Assembly (NCBI GenBank): GCA_043732185.1 | Contig: JAYTHY010000008.1 | Span: forward strand, 1 to 17,243 | Direction: 5' to 3' | DNA: 17,243 nt | Origin: Fibrobacteria bacterium | GTDB taxonomy: Bacteria; Fibrobacterota; Fibrobacteria; UBA11236 | Part shown: positions 1 to 8,882 of the stretch, in pieces | Position numbering within the stretch: the first letter of the stretch is position 1 | Layout of the letters: every line of letters begins with the position of its first letter | Program-made: the position numbers and the translations under genes | Notes under the pieces: generated by a model | The model's database searches: none | Told to the model about the DNA's origin: nothing | The model's input: only the letters and a program-made list of their open reading frames with translations

Positions 1-2370
1 GATGGCGACTTCCGTGGCGCGCGTGAGATTGGCCCCGCCCATCATGCGGATATAGGCCCAGGAGATGGTTAGAATGCTGGCACTGCCCCAGGGTGCGGCA
101 GAGATGGCGGGGATGGCGTTGGACCCGCCGGTTTTGACAACAGGATTTCCAGGGAGGAAAGGGGCGAGGTGGGCGGCCACGCAAATGGGTCCTACGCCGG
201 GTCCGCCGCCACCATGGGGGATACAAAAGGTTTTGTGCAAATTGAGATGGCAAACATCGGCGCCGATAGATCCAGGGCTGCACAGCCCCACTTGCGCGTT
301 CATGTTGGCGCCATCCATGTACACTTGCCCGCCGCGCTCATGGATGAGCGCGCACACGTCCTTGATGCCTTCTTCGAATACGCCATGCGTGGAAGGATAG
401 GTGGCCATGAGACAACAGAGCCTGTCTCGATTTTCTTCGGCATGGCGCGCAAGATCCGCCAGATCGATATTGCCGGTTTCATCGCATTTGGTAACCACCA
501 CTTTGAGTCCTGCCATGGCTGCACTGGCCGGGTTGGTTCCGTGCGCGGAGGCTGGAATAAGGCAAACGTCGCGATGGGATTCGCCACGACTTTTGTGATA
601 GGCCCGGATAACCATGAGACCGGCATACTCGCCCTGTGAGCCTGCATTCGGTTGCAGCGAAACACCCGGCAGCCCCGTAATGGCGGCCAGATCGCGTTCG
701 AGGTCGGCAAACAGGCGTCGATAGCCTTTTGTTTGGGATTCGGGGGCAAAGGGATGCATGCGTCCAAATTCCGGCCAGGTGAGTGGAATCATTTCGGCGG
801 TGGCATTCAGTTTCATGGTGCAGGAGCCGAGCGGGATCATGGAGGTGTTTAAGGCCAGATCCTTATTCTCCAGCGATTTGATATAGCGGAGCATTTCCGT
901 TTCGCTGCGATGGGAATGGAAAACCGGATGAACAAGAATTTCACCGGTGCGAATCAAAGCGACTGGCCAAGCGAGTTTAAGGCCCGTAGACCAGGCTGCT
1001 AAAGCCTGTGCGTTGGGCGCAGGTTTTCCGCTAGCTTCGGCGAATATTCTTAAGATAGCGGCGAGATCCGCGGCAGTCGAAGTTTCATCCAGGGAAATAC
1101 CCAAGGTGCCATCGTCGCAGTAACGAAAGTTCCGTCCATCCGCCAGAGCTAAGTTTCGAATTGTGGATAAAACTTTTGGGTCGGGCAGGGCGATATGCAA
1201 GGTGTCGAAAAAATTGCCGTGCAATTGCCGGTAGCCTAAAGCCAGTAAGCCTTTTTCCAGAGTGCGTGTGAGCGCATGCACGCGCGAGGCGATGGAACGA
1301 AGCCCTCCGGGACCATGGTAGACGGCATAGAAGCCCGCCATTACGGCCAGTAAAACCTGCGAGGTGCAAATATTGCTGGTCGCTTTGTCGCGGCGAATAT
1401 GCTGCTCGCGAGTTTGCAGCGCCATACGATAGGCGCGGTGGCCGTGGGCGTCTAGGGAAACGCCGATGATACGTCCGGGCATGTGTCTTTTGAAGGCGTC
1501 GCGGGTGGCGAAAAAAGCCGCATGCGGTCCGCCAAATCCCATGGGCACCCCAAAGCGTTGGGCCGAACCGACTACGATATCGGCGCCGAAGGAACCGGGC
1601 GAGGCCAGCAGCACCAGGGCCAGGAGATCCGAGGCGACGGCTACTTTGACACCTGCCGCATGGGCATGGTCGCATAAAGACTGGTAGGCTGTGACTGCGC
1701 CAAAGGTATCGGGATATTGCAGCAGTATTCCAAAACAGCCCGCAAGGTTGTCAACCCCGGTAAGCGTGGCTTCATCGCCTACTACAAGCTCAATACCTAG
1801 AGGCTGGGCTCTGGTGCGGAGCACATCCAATGTCTGCGGATGGCAGCGCTGGGAGGCGAAAAAGGTATGCGCCTGGTCATTCTCTCTCAGTGCAAACAGC
1901 ATGGACATGGCTTCGGCCGCGGCCGTGCCTTCATCCAGCAGCGAGGCATTGGCGATGTCCATCCCGGTCAAGTCGAGCACCGTGGTTTGAAAATTAATCA
2001 GCGCTTCCAGGCGGCCTTGGGCGATTTCCGCCTGGTAGGGCGTATAGGCCGTGTACCATCCTGGATTTTCCAGCACATTGCGCTGGATGACGCCCGGGAT
2101 CACGCAGTCATAATACCCCATGCCGATATGGGAGGTGAGAATCTGGTTTTCCGAGGCCAAGGCGCGCGCCTCGGCAAGAAAACGATGTTCGTTTTCCCAA
2201 GCGGGCAGTGAGAGCGGCTGGGCTAGGCGAATGGATTCCGGAACCGTTTTTTGAGCGAGGTCTTGCAGGCTTTTCGCCCCCACTACGGCAAGCATGGCCG
2301 ATATCTGGGCTTCATCGGGCCCGATATGTCTGGAAACAAAAAGACCCTGATTTTCGATGCTCAATTCCAT
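1..2370 (-). CDS. gcvP: Glycine dehydrogenase (decarboxylating), glycine cleavage P protein, single-chain type; 3' end lies outside the window
   Basis: Manual translation from ATG at 2370 (AGGTG RBS-like sequence upstream) gives [20 protein letters not shown]...IGMGYY...[30 protein letters not shown]. In the same frame near 180-250 is the PLP-lysine motif [21 protein letters not shown], and the frame reaches position 1 as ...[10 protein letters not shown]...ATEVAI. Confidence 0.97.
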   Translation of the reverse strand, partial: MELSIENQGLFVSRHIGPDEAQISAMLAVVGAKSLQDLAQKTVPESIRLAQPLSLPAWENEHRFLAEARALASENQILTSHIGMGYYDCVIPGVIQRNVLENPGWYTAYTPYQAEIAQGRLEALINFQTTVLDLTGMDIANASLLDEGTAAAEAMSMLFALRENDQAHTFFASQRCHPQTLDVLRTRAQPLGIELVVGDEATLTGVDNLAGCFGILLQYPDTFGAVTAYQSLCDHAHAAGVKVAVASDLLALVLLASPGSFGADIVVGSAQRFGVPMGFGGPHAAFFATRDAFKRHMPGRIIGVSLDAHGHRAYRMALQTREQHIRRDKATSNICTSQVLLAVMAGFYAVYHGPGGLRSIASRVHALTRTLEKGLLALGYRQLHGNFFDTLHIALPDPKVLSTIRNLALADGRNFRYCDDGTLGISLDETSTAADLAAILRIFAEASGKPAPNAQALAAWSTGLKLAWPVALIRTGEILVHPVFHSHRSETEMLRYIKSLENKDLALNTSMIPLGSCTMKLNATAEMIPLTWPEFGRMHPFAPESQTKGYRRLFADLERDLAAITGLPGVSLQPNAGSQGEYAGLMVIRAYHKSRGESHRDVCLIPASAHGTNPASAAMAGLKVVVTKCDETGNIDLADLARHAEENRDRLCCLMATYPSTHGVFEEGIKDVCALIHERGGQVYMDGANMNAQVGLCSPGSIGADVCHLNLHKTFCIPHGGGGPGVGPICVAAHLAPFLPGNPVVKTGGSNAIPAISAAPWGSASILTISWAYIRMMGGANLTRATEVAI

Positions 2371-2574
2371 GTTTCACCTGTGGGGAAGATCGTCCTGATT
2401 TGGAAAGCATACTAAGTTACAATTTTTATTAAATTCTCCGCAGAGTTTTTGCCGTGCAAAGTCGGCGGGGATAAATCCCCTTGCCCGCTCCGAGCCTTGT
2501 GGGGCTGGACTGACGGGCCGATCAGATGGAATACTTTGAACTGGAACTTTTGAGAAAGGTGTGCGGGAAAAGGT

Positions 2575-3573
2575 ATGGGAATCAAGGTCGCGATCATGGG
2601 CGCCACAGGCGCAGTGGGCTCGGAACTTTTGGACATTTTGGCGGAGCGGAAATTTCCGATTAGCGATCTCCGGTTATTGGCCTCCTCCCGCTCAGCAGGA
2701 AAAACTCTGAAGTTTCAAGACGAAGCCATCAAAGTAGAAGAGCTCACGCACGACTCATTTAAAGGCATTGACTTGGTTTTGGCTTCTGCTGGTGGCAAGC
2801 TGAGTAAGGAATACGCGCCCTCCGCAGTCAAAGCCGGCGCGATTGTAGTCGACAATACTTCCTATTTCCGCATGGCGGAAGGCGTTCCGTTGGTGATACC
2901 GGAAATCAATCCGGAAGATATCGCCCAGCATAAGGGCATTATCGCGAATCCAAATTGCTCCACCATCATCATGGCCTTGGCTCTGTGGCCCTTGCATAAA
3001 CGCTTCAAGGCTGTTCGCGTTGTGGCCACCACGTACCAGGCGGCTAGCGGTGCCGGTGCCGTGGCCATGGACGAGCTGGTGCGGGAAACGGCCGCATATT
3101 TACAGGGTGAAGATTTTCGGCGCACCGTCATTCCCCACCCCTATGCCTTCAATCTCTTTCCGCACAATTCACCCATGACCGATAATGGCTATTGCGAAGA
3201 AGAAATCAAGATGGTCAAGGAGACGCATAAGATCTTCCATGACCCGGGCATTCGAATTACCGCCACTTGTGTGCGCGTGCCCGTATTGCGAGCCCATTCC
3301 GAGGCCCTGAATATTGAGTTTGCAGAAGATCCTTCCGTAGAGGAAATCTATTCCATCCTTAAAAAATCGGCAGGTGTAGAAATCATGGAAGACCGAAGTG
3401 CAAACCGCTGGCCCATGCCCCTTGATGCGTCTGGACGGGATCCGGTGCTGGTCGGCCGAGTGCGCAAGGATTTGTCCCAACCCAAAACCGTCGATATTTG
3501 GGTAGTTGGAGATCAGATTCGCAAAGGAGCAGCGCTGAATGCGGTGCAAATCGCGGAGAAACTTTTCAAATAG
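2575..3573 (+). CDS. asd: Aspartate-semialdehyde dehydrogenase
   Basis: 332 aa with Rossmann motif VAIMGATGAVG, VVDNTSYFRM, catalytic IIANPNCST, TYQAASGAG, CVRVPVLRAHSE and C-terminal DQIRKGAALNAVQIAE. Confidence 0.97.
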   Translation: MGIKVAIMGATGAVGSELLDILAERKFPISDLRLLASSRSAGKTLKFQDEAIKVEELTHDSFKGIDLVLASAGGKLSKEYAPSAVKAGAIVVDNTSYFRMAEGVPLVIPEINPEDIAQHKGIIANPNCSTIIMALALWPLHKRFKAVRVVATTYQAASGAGAVAMDELVRETAAYLQGEDFRRTVIPHPYAFNLFPHNSPMTDNGYCEEEIKMVKETHKIFHDPGIRITATCVRVPVLRAHSEALNIEFAEDPSVEEIYSILKKSAGVEIMEDRSANRWPMPLDASGRDPVLVGRVRKDLSQPKTVDIWVVGDQIRKGAALNAVQIAEKLFK

Positions 3574-3579
3574 GGAATC

Positions 3580-3610
3580 AGGTAGCGGCCGCCTCTAATT
3601 TGCTACCTTT
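3580..3610 (+). terminator. Possible weak terminator hairpin after asd
   Basis: AGGTAGC (3580-3586) and GCTACCT (3602-3608) form an inverted repeat just after the asd stop. The loop is long and the T tail short, so it is atypical. Confidence 0.3.
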
Positions 3611-3661
3611 AGGACTCCCGATTAAATCCCCGCTTATTCCCTCCTAACGAAGAAGTACACA

Positions 3662-3916
3662 TTGATCAACAAAGAACAGTTGGAACGATACGGAAAATTT
3701 GCCGGCGATCAGGACAAATGGGTGGCTTCTCAGAAACGGGAAATGGACGAGACCTTAACCGGTACCGACTGGACTCAAATAGACAAGGTTATCCAGAGGC
3801 TTAAGCTGCAGAAATCCGGCTTTGCCAGCAATGACTATCGGGAAGAAACCGAGCGCGTTTTACGAAAGACTTTTGGCGATGCCGATATCATCAAGCTCGC
3901 GCGAGAAATGGTCTAG
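3662..3916 (+). CDS. Small hypothetical protein (84 aa, helical, charged)
   Basis: Fills the gap between asd and a convergent gene, whose stop it overlaps by 4 bp. TTG start, protein-like composition (YGKFAGDQDKW...DWTQID...GFAS). Confidence 0.7.
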   Translation: MINKEQLERYGKFAGDQDKWVASQKREMDETLTGTDWTQIDKVIQRLKLQKSGFASNDYREETERVLRKTFGDADIIKLAREMV

Positions 3917-4614
3917 CGGACCAAATAATTTAATCGCGCTGTCGGCTTAACGCTGCTTCGCCCATCCACATTGTAGCAGCGACCAGAAAAAGTCTTTTTG
4001 CCCATCCACTGAGGGTGGACCCGATTTCTCGATTCCAGGGACACGGGGCTTTCGCTGACGACTGTGAAGGCCATTAAACCAGCATCCAAGTAATGTGGGC
4101 CATTGGTCGTTTGGCAATGGATGAAGATGGCGTTATACCCTTGTTTCATATGGCTCAGGGCTGTTTTGGAAATGTCGATTTCCTTATAGGTCCTGCTTGC
4201 ACCGGTCAGTTCGGCTACCAAAACACCGTTCAAATAGACCTCCGCATCCCCACTATGAAAGACGCTCAAAGTAAGGGCGCTGTAAACGCTATCGGGCGCA
4301 GAAAAAGTTTTTCGAATCCAGACGTTTGGGCTTTTCCACTCTGTGCCGATTAATCCGGCGCTGGGTCCATTTCCCGATCCAAATCCACCGGGCCCCGCGC
4401 ACCAGGTATCGAAAAAGAGATCCGGATCGTTGAAGGAATAGGCCCAAGCCTGGGATTCCGAATCGGAGGGCGTAACCAGGACGGTGGTCAAGGTGGAATC
4501 ACCCGGTATGAAATGGCCGCTCTGGCTTGCAGCAGACTGCGCTGGGAGGGTCAAGAGACAGCATAGTGCGGCTCCCAACCCGAGGGACCAGCGGGAGGCT
4601 TTTTTTAATAGCAA
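3913..4614 (-). CDS. Secreted protein with a galactose-binding-like beta-sandwich domain and a short basic C-terminal tail; start uncertain
   Basis: Signal-peptide-like KKASRWSLGLGAALCCLLTLPAQSA follows an in-frame TTG at 4614; the ORF track's extension to 4761 is AT-rich and looks non-coding. The domain GPGGFG...TEW...VWIRKTF...HSGDAEVYLNG...GYNAIFIHC...YLDAGL resembles the accessory sugar-binding domain of GH2-type proteins. The tail contains YNVDGR. Confidence 0.6.
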   Translation of the reverse strand: MLLKKASRWSLGLGAALCCLLTLPAQSAASQSGHFIPGDSTLTTVLVTPSDSESQAWAYSFNDPDLFFDTWCAGPGGFGSGNGPSAGLIGTEWKSPNVWIRKTFSAPDSVYSALTLSVFHSGDAEVYLNGVLVAELTGASRTYKEIDISKTALSHMKQGYNAIFIHCQTTNGPHYLDAGLMAFTVVSESPVSLESRNRVHPQWMGKKTFSGRCYNVDGRSSVKPTARLNYLVR

Positions 4615-4785
4615 GTAGTTTATGGAACAGTCAAGGGAACAGTTTTGGGAAGGATTGAGCGGCACCGATACCTCGTGGGACAACTGGGAGACGAAGATTT
4701 TTAAATTCGCGGACAGAAAGATAAATGTCCAGTTTGGACATCGCATGTATAATTTCGGCAATATTACGTATAAAACGCGTAATAA

Positions 4786-5721
4786 TTATTCAATTAACGA
4801 GGAATTTTCACCCGTTTCGGCACCGCCACCCCTAAGCAAGCTATTCCCTTCGAAAACCCGGGTGGGATCGATGGCGGCTTGGGTAAGCCAGTCCTTTTCA
4901 TTGAATTGCCCGCTTTGTCCATAGGCGGCCAGGGCGTTTCCATAACACATGGCTGTGACGGCGGATCGGGAGATGCCGTTTTCCAGCATCAGCTGCGCCG
5001 TTTTGGGCACCGCCAGGGCATCGCTGATACCCCAATCTGCGCTGGAATCTACGATAATGCGCTCCTGCCCATACCGCTTTGCGATTTCCACCATGCGTTT
5101 GTTGCCCATTTTGGTTTTGGGGTAGATGGTGAAAGCGGCCCAGAACCCTCGGTCCAAGGTTTCCTGGGCAGTTTCCTCGTTGTTGTGATCGATCACAACT
5201 TTTCCTGGTGCAATGCCGTGTTCAAGGCAAATGTCCATGCTGCGAGACGTGCCGACTTTTTTGTTGCGATGAGGTGTATGGATCATAACCGGCATGTCCA
5301 TCTCTTTGGCTAGATCGAGTTGGATGCGGAAAAATTTCTCTTCCGCCTTAGTCATTTCGTCGAAACCGATTTCACCGATGGCGACTACGCCTTCTTTTCC
5401 GGCAAACCGCGGAATGAGATCGATGACTTCCTCCGCCAAGGCCTCGTTGTTGGCTTCCTTGGAGTTGAGGCCGATAGTACAGTAATGTTTGATGCCGAAT
5501 TGGGACGCCCGGAAGCGTTCGAAACCGACGATGGACGAGAAATAGTCCTTGAACGTGCCCACTTCCGTACGCGGCTGGCCTACCCAGAAAGCGGGTTCGA
5601 TAATGGCAACGACTCCGGCTATAGCCATGGCGGCATAATCATCCGTAGTGCGCGATACCATGTGGATATGCGGGTCGATAAAGCGGAGCGGACCGGTTGA
5701 TTCGTTTTTATCAGATGCCAT
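4786..5721 (-). CDS. eboB: TatD-family metal-dependent hydrolase, EboB-like
   Basis: IDPHIHMVSRTTDDY, IEPAFWVGQPR, FERFRASQFGIKHYCTIGLNSKEAN, GEIG, HTPHRNK, DHNNEET and SSADWG match the ebo-cluster TatD protein. Its start overlaps the upstream eboA-like gene. Confidence 0.85.
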   Translation of the reverse strand: MASDKNESTGPLRFIDPHIHMVSRTTDDYAAMAIAGVVAIIEPAFWVGQPRTEVGTFKDYFSSIVGFERFRASQFGIKHYCTIGLNSKEANNEALAEEVIDLIPRFAGKEGVVAIGEIGFDEMTKAEEKFFRIQLDLAKEMDMPVMIHTPHRNKKVGTSRSMDICLEHGIAPGKVVIDHNNEETAQETLDRGFWAAFTIYPKTKMGNKRMVEIAKRYGQERIIVDSSADWGISDALAVPKTAQLMLENGISRSAVTAMCYGNALAAYGQSGQFNEKDWLTQAAIDPTRVFEGNSLLRGGGAETGENSSLIE

Positions 5722-6562
5722 GGTTGAAATTCTCCCAATTCAGTTTCCCATTTCGGATGTCGTCAGATAAGCCTGGATCCATATCGCGCAGCATTGATGG
5801 GCCCGGGCTTACGTTAAGCGCCAAGGCGGCGGCACGCTTTTCAACTAACGAGCCCTCTGCGAGGATTCGCCGCAAATCTTCCATCGCCTCCGTGTCCGCG
5901 CACGGGCCGACGCAGCGCCACAGATCTGGGCTGAATTGTCTTCCAGCGGCCCATCTTTCATGAGCGAGGTCAGTGAGCATGCGGGCCAGCCGGGGATTGA
6001 CCCGCTTATCCAGTCCCACCACCTCCTGCAACGATGTACCGACGAAAAAGGTTTTCACAATGAGTTGGTTCCAGCCTATTTCATCAAAGTGCAAGGCCGG
6101 ATAAGGATTCCGCACTGCCAACGCTTCAAATACCTGTTGGATGTTGCTGCGAACGCCTTCCCTGGCCCAGCCCATATGCAGGTCGGGATTGGGAAGTACC
6201 GCTAAAGACTTTTGCATGGCGGTGGCTTCTTCCATGTCCGCGGTTTGATACAACTGCCTTATTAGGTTGGCGGACGTTGCGCCTTCGGGTAAAGAAAGCA
6301 GTAGCACGGTTCGTGCTGCTTGATCACAGGTCCAGTCCAGTGGGGTCCAATCGGGTATGGCAGCCTTGGCGGTGTCAAGATCCTGCGCGCCTAATGCGAG
6401 CGGGCCTTTTCCGGAAAATCGGGAAGCCGAGCTGAAGGAGACGAACACCATGCGGTCTGGAGCACCCTGTTTTAACAATTCAGATTTTTCCAACAACCAT
6501 TTCAATCCGTCACGGTCTATTCGCACGTCCAGCCAGCCAAGCAGGAGATCTTGAAGCTTCAC
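5711..6562 (-). CDS. eboA: EboA-family protein
   Basis: 283 aa, GTG start with GAGG RBS. Motifs W..DQAARTVLLL, EGVRSNI..VFEALAVRNPYP..HFDE..WNQLIVK..F, GLDKR.N..LARML.D.AHERWAAGR...PDLWRCVGP. Directly upstream of the TatD gene. Confidence 0.85.
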   Translation of the reverse strand: MKLQDLLLGWLDVRIDRDGLKWLLEKSELLKQGAPDRMVFVSFSSASRFSGKGPLALGAQDLDTAKAAIPDWTPLDWTCDQAARTVLLLSLPEGATSANLIRQLYQTADMEEATAMQKSLAVLPNPDLHMGWAREGVRSNIQQVFEALAVRNPYPALHFDEIGWNQLIVKTFFVGTSLQEVVGLDKRVNPRLARMLTDLAHERWAAGRQFSPDLWRCVGPCADTEAMEDLRRILAEGSLVEKRAAALALNVSPGPSMLRDMDPGLSDDIRNGKLNWENFNHGI

Positions 6563-6672
6563 GCAAACCTCACCAAGTACTTAGGTTGAAAATTCTGAAC
6601 AAAAGGATGTATCAGATGTTTGAAAGTCCAAAGCTGAGCGTTGGAAGATACAAAACTGGCTTGGGGAGCCCG

Positions 6673-7161
6673 CTAGATATGGCATCCAGGCATGCCGCGT
6701 TTGGCCAAATATTGCTGATGGTACTCTTCAGCCGGATAGAAAACCGTGGCAGGAACAATCTCAGTCACAACCGGCTTTTTGTATTTGCCCGAGGTCTGTT
6801 TCTGTTCCTTTGAAGCCAGGGCTTCATTGGCCTGGGTTTCATCATGGGTGTAGATTCCGGATCGGTACTGGGTACCCACATCTGGCCCTTGTCGATTTAA
6901 TGTGGTGGGGTCGTGGTTTTCCCAAAACACTTCGAGAAGCTGCCCATAAGTAACGAGGCTAGGGTCGTATTGCACTTGAACCGCTTCCGCATGTCCGGTG
7001 CGTCCGGTGCACACGGCGCGGTAATCCGGGTTCGACTCTGTACCTGAAGTATAGCCCACTTGGGTAGTCACCACGCCAGGCATGCGCCGGAAGGTTTCTT
7101 CCACACCCCAAAAACACCCGGCCGCAAAAGTGGCTGTTTCAGTTTTTATTTCTTCGGCCAC
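6673..7161 (-). CDS. msrA: Peptide-methionine (S)-S-oxide reductase
   Basis: Catalytic [10 protein letters not shown], plus [34 protein letters not shown] and a C-terminal Cys (GCHI). GTG start with AGGAG RBS. Confidence 0.97.
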   Translation of the reverse strand: MAEEIKTETATFAAGCFWGVEETFRRMPGVVTTQVGYTSGTESNPDYRAVCTGRTGHAEAVQVQYDPSLVTYGQLLEVFWENHDPTTLNRQGPDVGTQYRSGIYTHDETQANEALASKEQKQTSGKYKKPVVTEIVPATVFYPAEEYHQQYLAKRGMPGCHI

Positions 7162-7199
7162 TGGAAACTCCTTATTCCTAAAATGGGTAGCAAGGCAAC

Positions 7200-7271
7200 T
7201 TAGTGATGCTGGGACGCATACGCTTAGTGGTGCCGCGACGCGTACGCATTATGGTGTGCGGCCGGGTCGTA
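7200..7271. repeat. 24-bp tandem repeat (two close copies and one degenerate copy) spanning the oxygenase stop codon
   Basis: 7200-7223 ttagtgatgctgggacgcatacgc and 7224-7247 ttagtggtgccgcgacgcgtacgc are 20/24 identical. The minus-strand translation is YDPAAHHN / AYASRHH* / AYASQHH*. Confidence 0.85.
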
Positions 7272-8348
7272 TTGGGAAATTTTCTTATGCAGGTGTTTTG
7301 CCACGTCTTCCAGTTTCGGCATGTAAACGGAAGTCGGCAGTTCCAAACCGCCACTCGCTTTCCGGGTGGCTATAATCCCGCGCCACAGCCAGGTATGGAT
7401 CCTTTTGCTTCTGGGCAACGCCAAGTTTTCCGCGATACTTTCACCTACCAAAATCTCGGTCAATGTAGTGAGTGCCCGGGCCGTAGCAGGTGAGGTCAGC
7501 GAACCGATGAAATTGAAATGGGCATGCACCAATTTCACACCCGCATTGGTGCGGCAGAAATGATCCTTGGCGCATTCATTCCAAATTTGATCGGCATTTT
7601 TAATATCGAACTGCGCGAAAGATTCCTCCACGCCCAACAATACTGCGACGACTCTCCAGAAATGAAGCAAGGCATCTTCATCTTCCACTTTGACGCGCCA
7701 ACCAAGGCGACGCATGCCTTTGACGGCAACCAATGAAAATGACAATGCCGTGGCGATAATTTTTTCCTGGTTGACCGGCGCGCCCCATTCCGGCTGCCAT
7801 TGACAAGCCTTAAGCGCTTTCGCACGCACATACGCATGCATCAGGCGTACCCGTAAAATCGCCGACCCCGCTTTTCCACCCGCACTGAAAGCACCAGGTG
7901 CAAATACGGTGTTTAAAAAATCCAGAGTGTAATGCACCCGTCTTCGGTAGTCCACCAAAAGATCCTGGTTCATTACCAAAGTTTGTGCGCCTCCGGTACC
8001 CCATGCAAACATAAGCGGCAAGGAGTAGATGAGCAGAACAAATCCATAGGAGATGGAGTTTTGGGCATAGTACTGCTGCGCGCGAACCAATTTTCCGTGG
8101 TCGGCCCAGGCTGGTAACTCCATGGGATTTTCCAGCAAGGCTTCCAATTCAGGTGGGAGCGGATAAATCTCCGCCAAGTTGGCTAAATCGCGCAATTGGC
8201 TTGGGTCAAAACCGGGACTTGCCATCACGTCGGCCATGTATTCATCGGCTGCGGGGTCGCCTTTTCCTCTAGCGTCGGCCAACATGCGGGAGTCCAAAAT
8301 AGTCAGAATATTATTGGGATGTGTTTGCAACTTAAAATGTCCATTCAT
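7224..8348 (-). CDS. MpaB/DUF2236-family oxygenase (latex-clearing-protein-like heme protein)
   Basis: GDPAAD, LPAWAD...RAQ, YSLP..FA, RRVHYT (R-x3-T), [10 protein letters not shown] (putative heme-ligand His), WGAPVNQE and [13 protein letters not shown]. The ATG at 8348 is preferred; the track uses TTG at 8390. Confidence 0.85.
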   Translation of the reverse strand: MNGHFKLQTHPNNILTILDSRMLADARGKGDPAADEYMADVMASPGFDPSQLRDLANLAEIYPLPPELEALLENPMELPAWADHGKLVRAQQYYAQNSISYGFVLLIYSLPLMFAWGTGGAQTLVMNQDLLVDYRRRVHYTLDFLNTVFAPGAFSAGGKAGSAILRVRLMHAYVRAKALKACQWQPEWGAPVNQEKIIATALSFSLVAVKGMRRLGWRVKVEDEDALLHFWRVVAVLLGVEESFAQFDIKNADQIWNECAKDHFCRTNAGVKLVHAHFNFIGSLTSPATARALTTLTEILVGESIAENLALPRSKRIHTWLWRGIIATRKASGGLELPTSVYMPKLEDVAKHLHKKISQYDPAAHHNAYASRHH

Positions 8349-8435
8349 AACTGAAAACGATGGGATAAATGATAGGAATTTGAAATTCAAGCGGTAAGGG
8401 TGAATGCGCTACTGTAAAAACTTGAGAAAATTTAC

Positions 8436-8882
8436 TTAGGCGCTCCCTTTATTCGATCCTGCTGTGCGTCCTGCCCAAAGGAACCCAAAGTTTCGGGTAC
8501 CATCCAACCCATCTCGGCTATGATGGATACGGTGGGCACGCACCAATCGCAGCAAATAGGCATTCTTAGGCAAGACCACCCGTCCAAACCGGCCATGTGT
8601 GTGAATATCATGGATAATCAAATATCCCAATCCGTAAGCGGCCATACCCACACCTAGTCCCAGTGGAAAAGGATTTCCATCCTTCCCAATCCAAATCAAA
8701 CCAATGGAAACGATGCTGAAGAAAACTCCAAATAAATCATTGGCTTCAAATCGGGTATTGTTGTAGCTATGGTGTGAACGATGCAGGAACCACATAGGAC
8801 CATGCATAATCCAGCGGTGCGTAGCCCAGGCCACGCCTTCCATTGCGATAAAGGCGAACAGAAATCCCAAAAAAAAGATCAT
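8436..8882 (-). CDS. crtZ: Beta-carotene 3-hydroxylase
   Basis: MEGVAWATHRWIMHGPMWFLHRSHH, FEANDLF, HD...HGR and AHRIHH histidine boxes. The true start is likely the ATG at 8882, which overlaps the cyclase stop (ATGA); 148 aa. Confidence 0.93.
   Translation of the reverse strand: MIFFLGFLFAFIAMEGVAWATHRWIMHGPMWFLHRSHHSYNNTRFEANDLFGVFFSIVSIGLIWIGKDGNPFPLGLGVGMAAYGLGYLIIHDIHTHGRFGRVVLPKNAYLLRLVRAHRIHHSRDGLDGTRNFGFLWAGRTAGSNKGSA

Noticed and set aside
65..2432. Numerous short ORFs on both strands in the ORF track
   Set aside because: They are antisense or out-of-frame shadows of gcvP, which occupies 1-2370 on the minus strand.
2371..2574. Possible glycine riboswitch upstream of gcvP
   Set aside because: Only an isolated GGAGA is present; the other conserved aptamer segments are not recognisable.
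4762..4784. TATTACG-N9-CGTAATA hairpin just after the eboB stop
   Set aside because: The stem is AT-rich with no U tract, too weak to call a terminator with confidence.
7200..7271. Tandem repeat considered as a mini-CRISPR or as evidence of TAA reassignment
   Set aside because: There are no spacers and no cas genes, and TAA terminates crtZ and eboB at the expected positions.
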